51,356 nucleotides of DNA, from the NCBI GenBank assembly GCA_043809245.1, contig JAZDDZ010000048.1:1-51356 (forward strand), read 5' to 3'. Numbering within the stretch: position 1 is the stretch's first letter; each line of letters begins with the position of its first letter. The notes below the pieces were generated by a model. It was given only the letters and a program-made list of their open reading frames with translations, was not told the origin of the DNA and searched no databases. Positions 48,802-51,356 of this stretch are shown piece after piece. A program made the translations under genes and the position numbers. Source of the DNA: Candidatus Iainarchaeum sp. (GTDB lineage Archaea > Iainarchaeota > Iainarchaeia > Iainarchaeales > JAZDDZ01).

Positions 48802-51356
48802 ATGAATTCACGTCTTTCAATTGCTTTACTGTTAACTCTTTCAATTTTCGTTCTGGCTTTTGCCGCGAACGCTTTAGCCGACACAAATTTGTGCTACACT
48901 AATTGCACTGGAAAACTGGGGGATGTGTCAGGCAATGGATACATCGATTCACAGGACGCAGAGATCATACTCAACATGTCCGCAGGAATAACCACCCCAA
49001 CCGCATGCGCTGACCTAAGCAAAGACTGCTTGGTTAACAGCGGAGACGCAATACTGGCGCAGCAGGCAATAGCGCCATACACCACTGCAACATGCACCAG
49101 CACGTCAATTAAAGGAGATGTAAGCGGAGACGGGCAGGTAACAGAAAGGGACGCTGCAACAATTCTGGCGATTTCAGTCGGAACACTTGCAAAGCCATCA
49201 AACATATGCTGCGCAGATATAAGCGGAGACGGAACAATAAATTCCGGGGACGGCATTCTGGCGCTGCAGATAGTGGCTGGAACAAGAATTGCGGAGCGAT
49301 GCAACCAGGATTACTGCAAGGATTCAGACAGCGGACTGAGTTATTACATAAAAGGAACCACGACATGGGGGGCTTCAAGCGGTGCTGAAGGCAGTTCAAC
49401 GGATTACTGTTCAGGCCCTGATTATTTAGTGGAATCATACTGCAGTGTAAATAACTTTAAGCAAGCTGAATACAAGTGCGCCAATGGGTGCAAGGACGGG
49501 GCATGCGTATGCCCTAAACCTTACCATGGAATTTCGCCTGACGGAAGATGCGTTTGGTCTTGCAGTGAAGGCACAACCCCTGACACTGCAAGCAATGAAT
49601 GCATCTGCAAGGAAGGATATGTTGAAACTGGAACAGACCAGTTTGGAAGGAGGGTCTGCACTTTACAGGGTAACGCTCCATGCACTGAAACAGACGGCGG
49701 AAGAAATGAATTTGTTAAAGGAACGCTTACAGGCGGCAGTTATGGCACAGTAGGCTATAACCACGGCCCATTCACGGATTACTGCAACACCAACTATGCG
49801 CCAAAACAATTGATAGAATATTTTTGCGCAAACACGGTTACAGTGCAATTCAACTTAATAGAATGCGCTAACGGCTGCACAGACGGAGCATGCATTGCCG
49901 ATACAAACACAAGCAAATGCACAGATTCAGATAATGGAAAAAATTATTACACTAAAGGAAAAACAACAGGAACAGAATGGGCAACAACGAACTATGTGGA
50001 AAAAAACGATTACTGCATAACCGAAGGGGAAAAAGCAGGCTTATTGGCAGAATACTTCTGCCACGAATTAAACAACCAAGTAGCCTCAGAAAGCTACAAG
50101 TGCCCGAACGGATGCAAAGACGGGGCATGCATTGCTGACACAAACATTGCCTGCAGGCAAAACAGCGACTGCGGAACTCCCGCTACGAAAACATATTGTT
50201 CAGTTGGGACACCGTGCTCCAAAGAAACCTACAACGAAGGCCAGACAATAAGCGGATTAAAGGGAACAGGCTCCATGGCTGGAAAAGAGCTTACTGCTAA
50301 ATTAGTGCAAATAACCCTTGCAAGTAGCGGAGCGATTTACAATGCAACACTATCGCTTTACGACGGGCAGACAAAAATCGGCACGGAAACCTCAACTGCG
50401 GGAACAGACTTGTCAAAAATATTCCTGGATTCAGGCGGCGACTATGTTCTCTCAACCAGCCTGAAAATCAACACGATTGCAATTGCGGCAACAACATCAA
50501 TAGGATACATTGAAGTAACCAAAGGCACTTGCACAGCAGGGTCTGCATGCAAGGAGACAACAACACCAATATGCAGCAATCCTGGAACAACACAGTCATC
50601 GTGCACAAGCACTAGCTCGGGCGCATGCCAAAGCTGCCCTTACGGCTGCAATAACGGCGCGTGCATTGATTCAAAGCCAGTGTGCGGCAACGGGGTGTGC
50701 GAAAGCGGAGAAACACAAAACAACTGCCCACAGGACTGCGGAGCAGTTGCATGCAAGCAGGACAGCGACTGCGGAACAGCGACAACAAAAAAATATTGTT
50801 CCGGAAATGCGGCGTGCGTTGAATCAAGCAAGCCACTGTGCTATTATGCTGGAACCACAAAAGCCTACTGCACAAGCATTGGCTCAGGGGGATGCGCTAT
50901 CTGCCAGAACGGCTGTGACAACGGTGAATGCCTGCCGGGCGCCTGCACCACGCAATGGGATCCGGTTTGCTGCGTTGACGGAAAAACCTATTCAAACGAA
51001 TGCACTGCAAAAACCAGCGGCTGCAAAGGAATAGCCTATGAAGGAGAATGCAAGCAAGCGTGCATTTGCACTGCACAGTACGCGCCAGTGTGCGGAGTTG
51101 ACGGAAAAACATACCCTAATTCCTGTGAAGCAAGGTGCGCAAACACGCCTGTTTCATATGAAGGTGAATGCAGGGAAACGCCCATAGTTGAATGCAAGAA
51201 AAGCGTTTACTCACTGGGGGCTAAGTGCGAGGAAGCGAACAGTGAAAAATGCACAGGATACCCTGAAAGAAAATGCGTTAAGATAAGCTGCACTGACGGC
51301 TACACCTATGATTCCTGCACGCAGAATTACTGCCCAATAATTGAATGCAAAACATA
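48802..51356 (+). CDS. Large Cys-rich secreted protein (3'-truncated by window): two dockerin-like domains, CxDSDxG repeats, two Kazal domains
   Basis: Manual translation from ATG 48802 is open to the window end: MNSRLSIALLL signal, GDVSGNGYIDSQDA, GDVSGDGQVTERDA, CKDSDSG/CTETDGG/CTDSDNG, CTTQWDPVCCVDGKTYSNEC, CTAQYAPVCGVDGKTYPNSC. Missing from the ORF track because it has no stop codon. Confidence 0.88.
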   Translation, partial: MNSRLSIALLLTLSIFVLAFAANALADTNLCYTNCTGKLGDVSGNGYIDSQDAEIILNMSAGITTPTACADLSKDCLVNSGDAILAQQAIAPYTTATCTSTSIKGDVSGDGQVTERDAATILAISVGTLAKPSNICCADISGDGTINSGDGILALQIVAGTRIAERCNQDYCKDSDSGLSYYIKGTTTWGASSGAEGSSTDYCSGPDYLVESYCSVNNFKQAEYKCANGCKDGACVCPKPYHGISPDGRCVWSCSEGTTPDTASNECICKEGYVETGTDQFGRRVCTLQGNAPCTETDGGRNEFVKGTLTGGSYGTVGYNHGPFTDYCNTNYAPKQLIEYFCANTVTVQFNLIECANGCTDGACIADTNTSKCTDSDNGKNYYTKGKTTGTEWATTNYVEKNDYCITEGEKAGLLAEYFCHELNNQVASESYKCPNGCKDGACIADTNIACRQNSDCGTPATKTYCSVGTPCSKETYNEGQTISGLKGTGSMAGKELTAKLVQITLASSGAIYNATLSLYDGQTKIGTETSTAGTDLSKIFLDSGGDYVLSTSLKINTIAIAATTSIGYIEVTKGTCTAGSACKETTTPICSNPGTTQSSCTSTSSGACQSCPYGCNNGACIDSKPVCGNGVCESGETQNNCPQDCGAVACKQDSDCGTATTKKYCSGNAACVESSKPLCYYAGTTKAYCTSIGSGGCAICQNGCDNGECLPGACTTQWDPVCCVDGKTYSNECTAKTSGCKGIAYEGECKQACICTAQYAPVCGVDGKTYPNSCEARCANTPVSYEGECRETPIVECKKSVYSLGAKCEEANSEKCTGYPERKCVKISCTDGYTYDSCTQNYCPIIECKT

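Noticed and set aside
48894-51112. Short ORFs listed in the track in this region
   Set aside because: Shadow frames of the long stop-less plus-strand ORF starting at 48802
1-51356. tRNA, rRNA, CRISPR array or intact transposase/integrase
   Set aside because: Intergenic gaps are short, and no cloverleaf, regularly spaced repeats or recombinase motifs were seen by eye

Overview
Archaeal chromosomal window, inferred to come from a DPANN lineage such as Iainarchaeota/Diapherotrites (basis: gene content, frequent TTG starts, many basic orphans). Housekeeping genes include pcn, sec11, rpoL, csl4, rnz, nob1, pheS/pheT, rfcL, ychF, cdc6, nfo and cdc48 (two cis-inteins). Also present are two PIN toxin-antitoxin-type loci, a six-gene class III signal-peptide (pilin) cluster and two large Cys-rich secreted proteins. 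The standout is an archaeal LonB protease gene broken into three separately encoded polypeptides. They are joined by two naturally split inteins (extein1-IntN1 / IntC1-extein2-IntN2 / IntC2-extein3; predicted spliced product 642 aa), and the homing endonuclease of intein 1 sits between the pieces as a free-standing gene. That endonuclease gene, a second free-standing LAGLIDADG gene (apparently inserted into the 5' end of ychF, leaving a relic N-terminus), a Bro-N gene and a PC4-like ssDNA-binding gene share a 26-30 bp upstream motif, suggesting a common regulon. Other candidates are a sigma-70-like HTH protein, a very Lys/Arg-rich HMG/YABBY-like protein with a paralogous small partner, and a shared operator for the two convergent pilin operons. 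No rRNA, tRNA or CRISPR array was seen. All calls come from manual motif reading, with no database searches.
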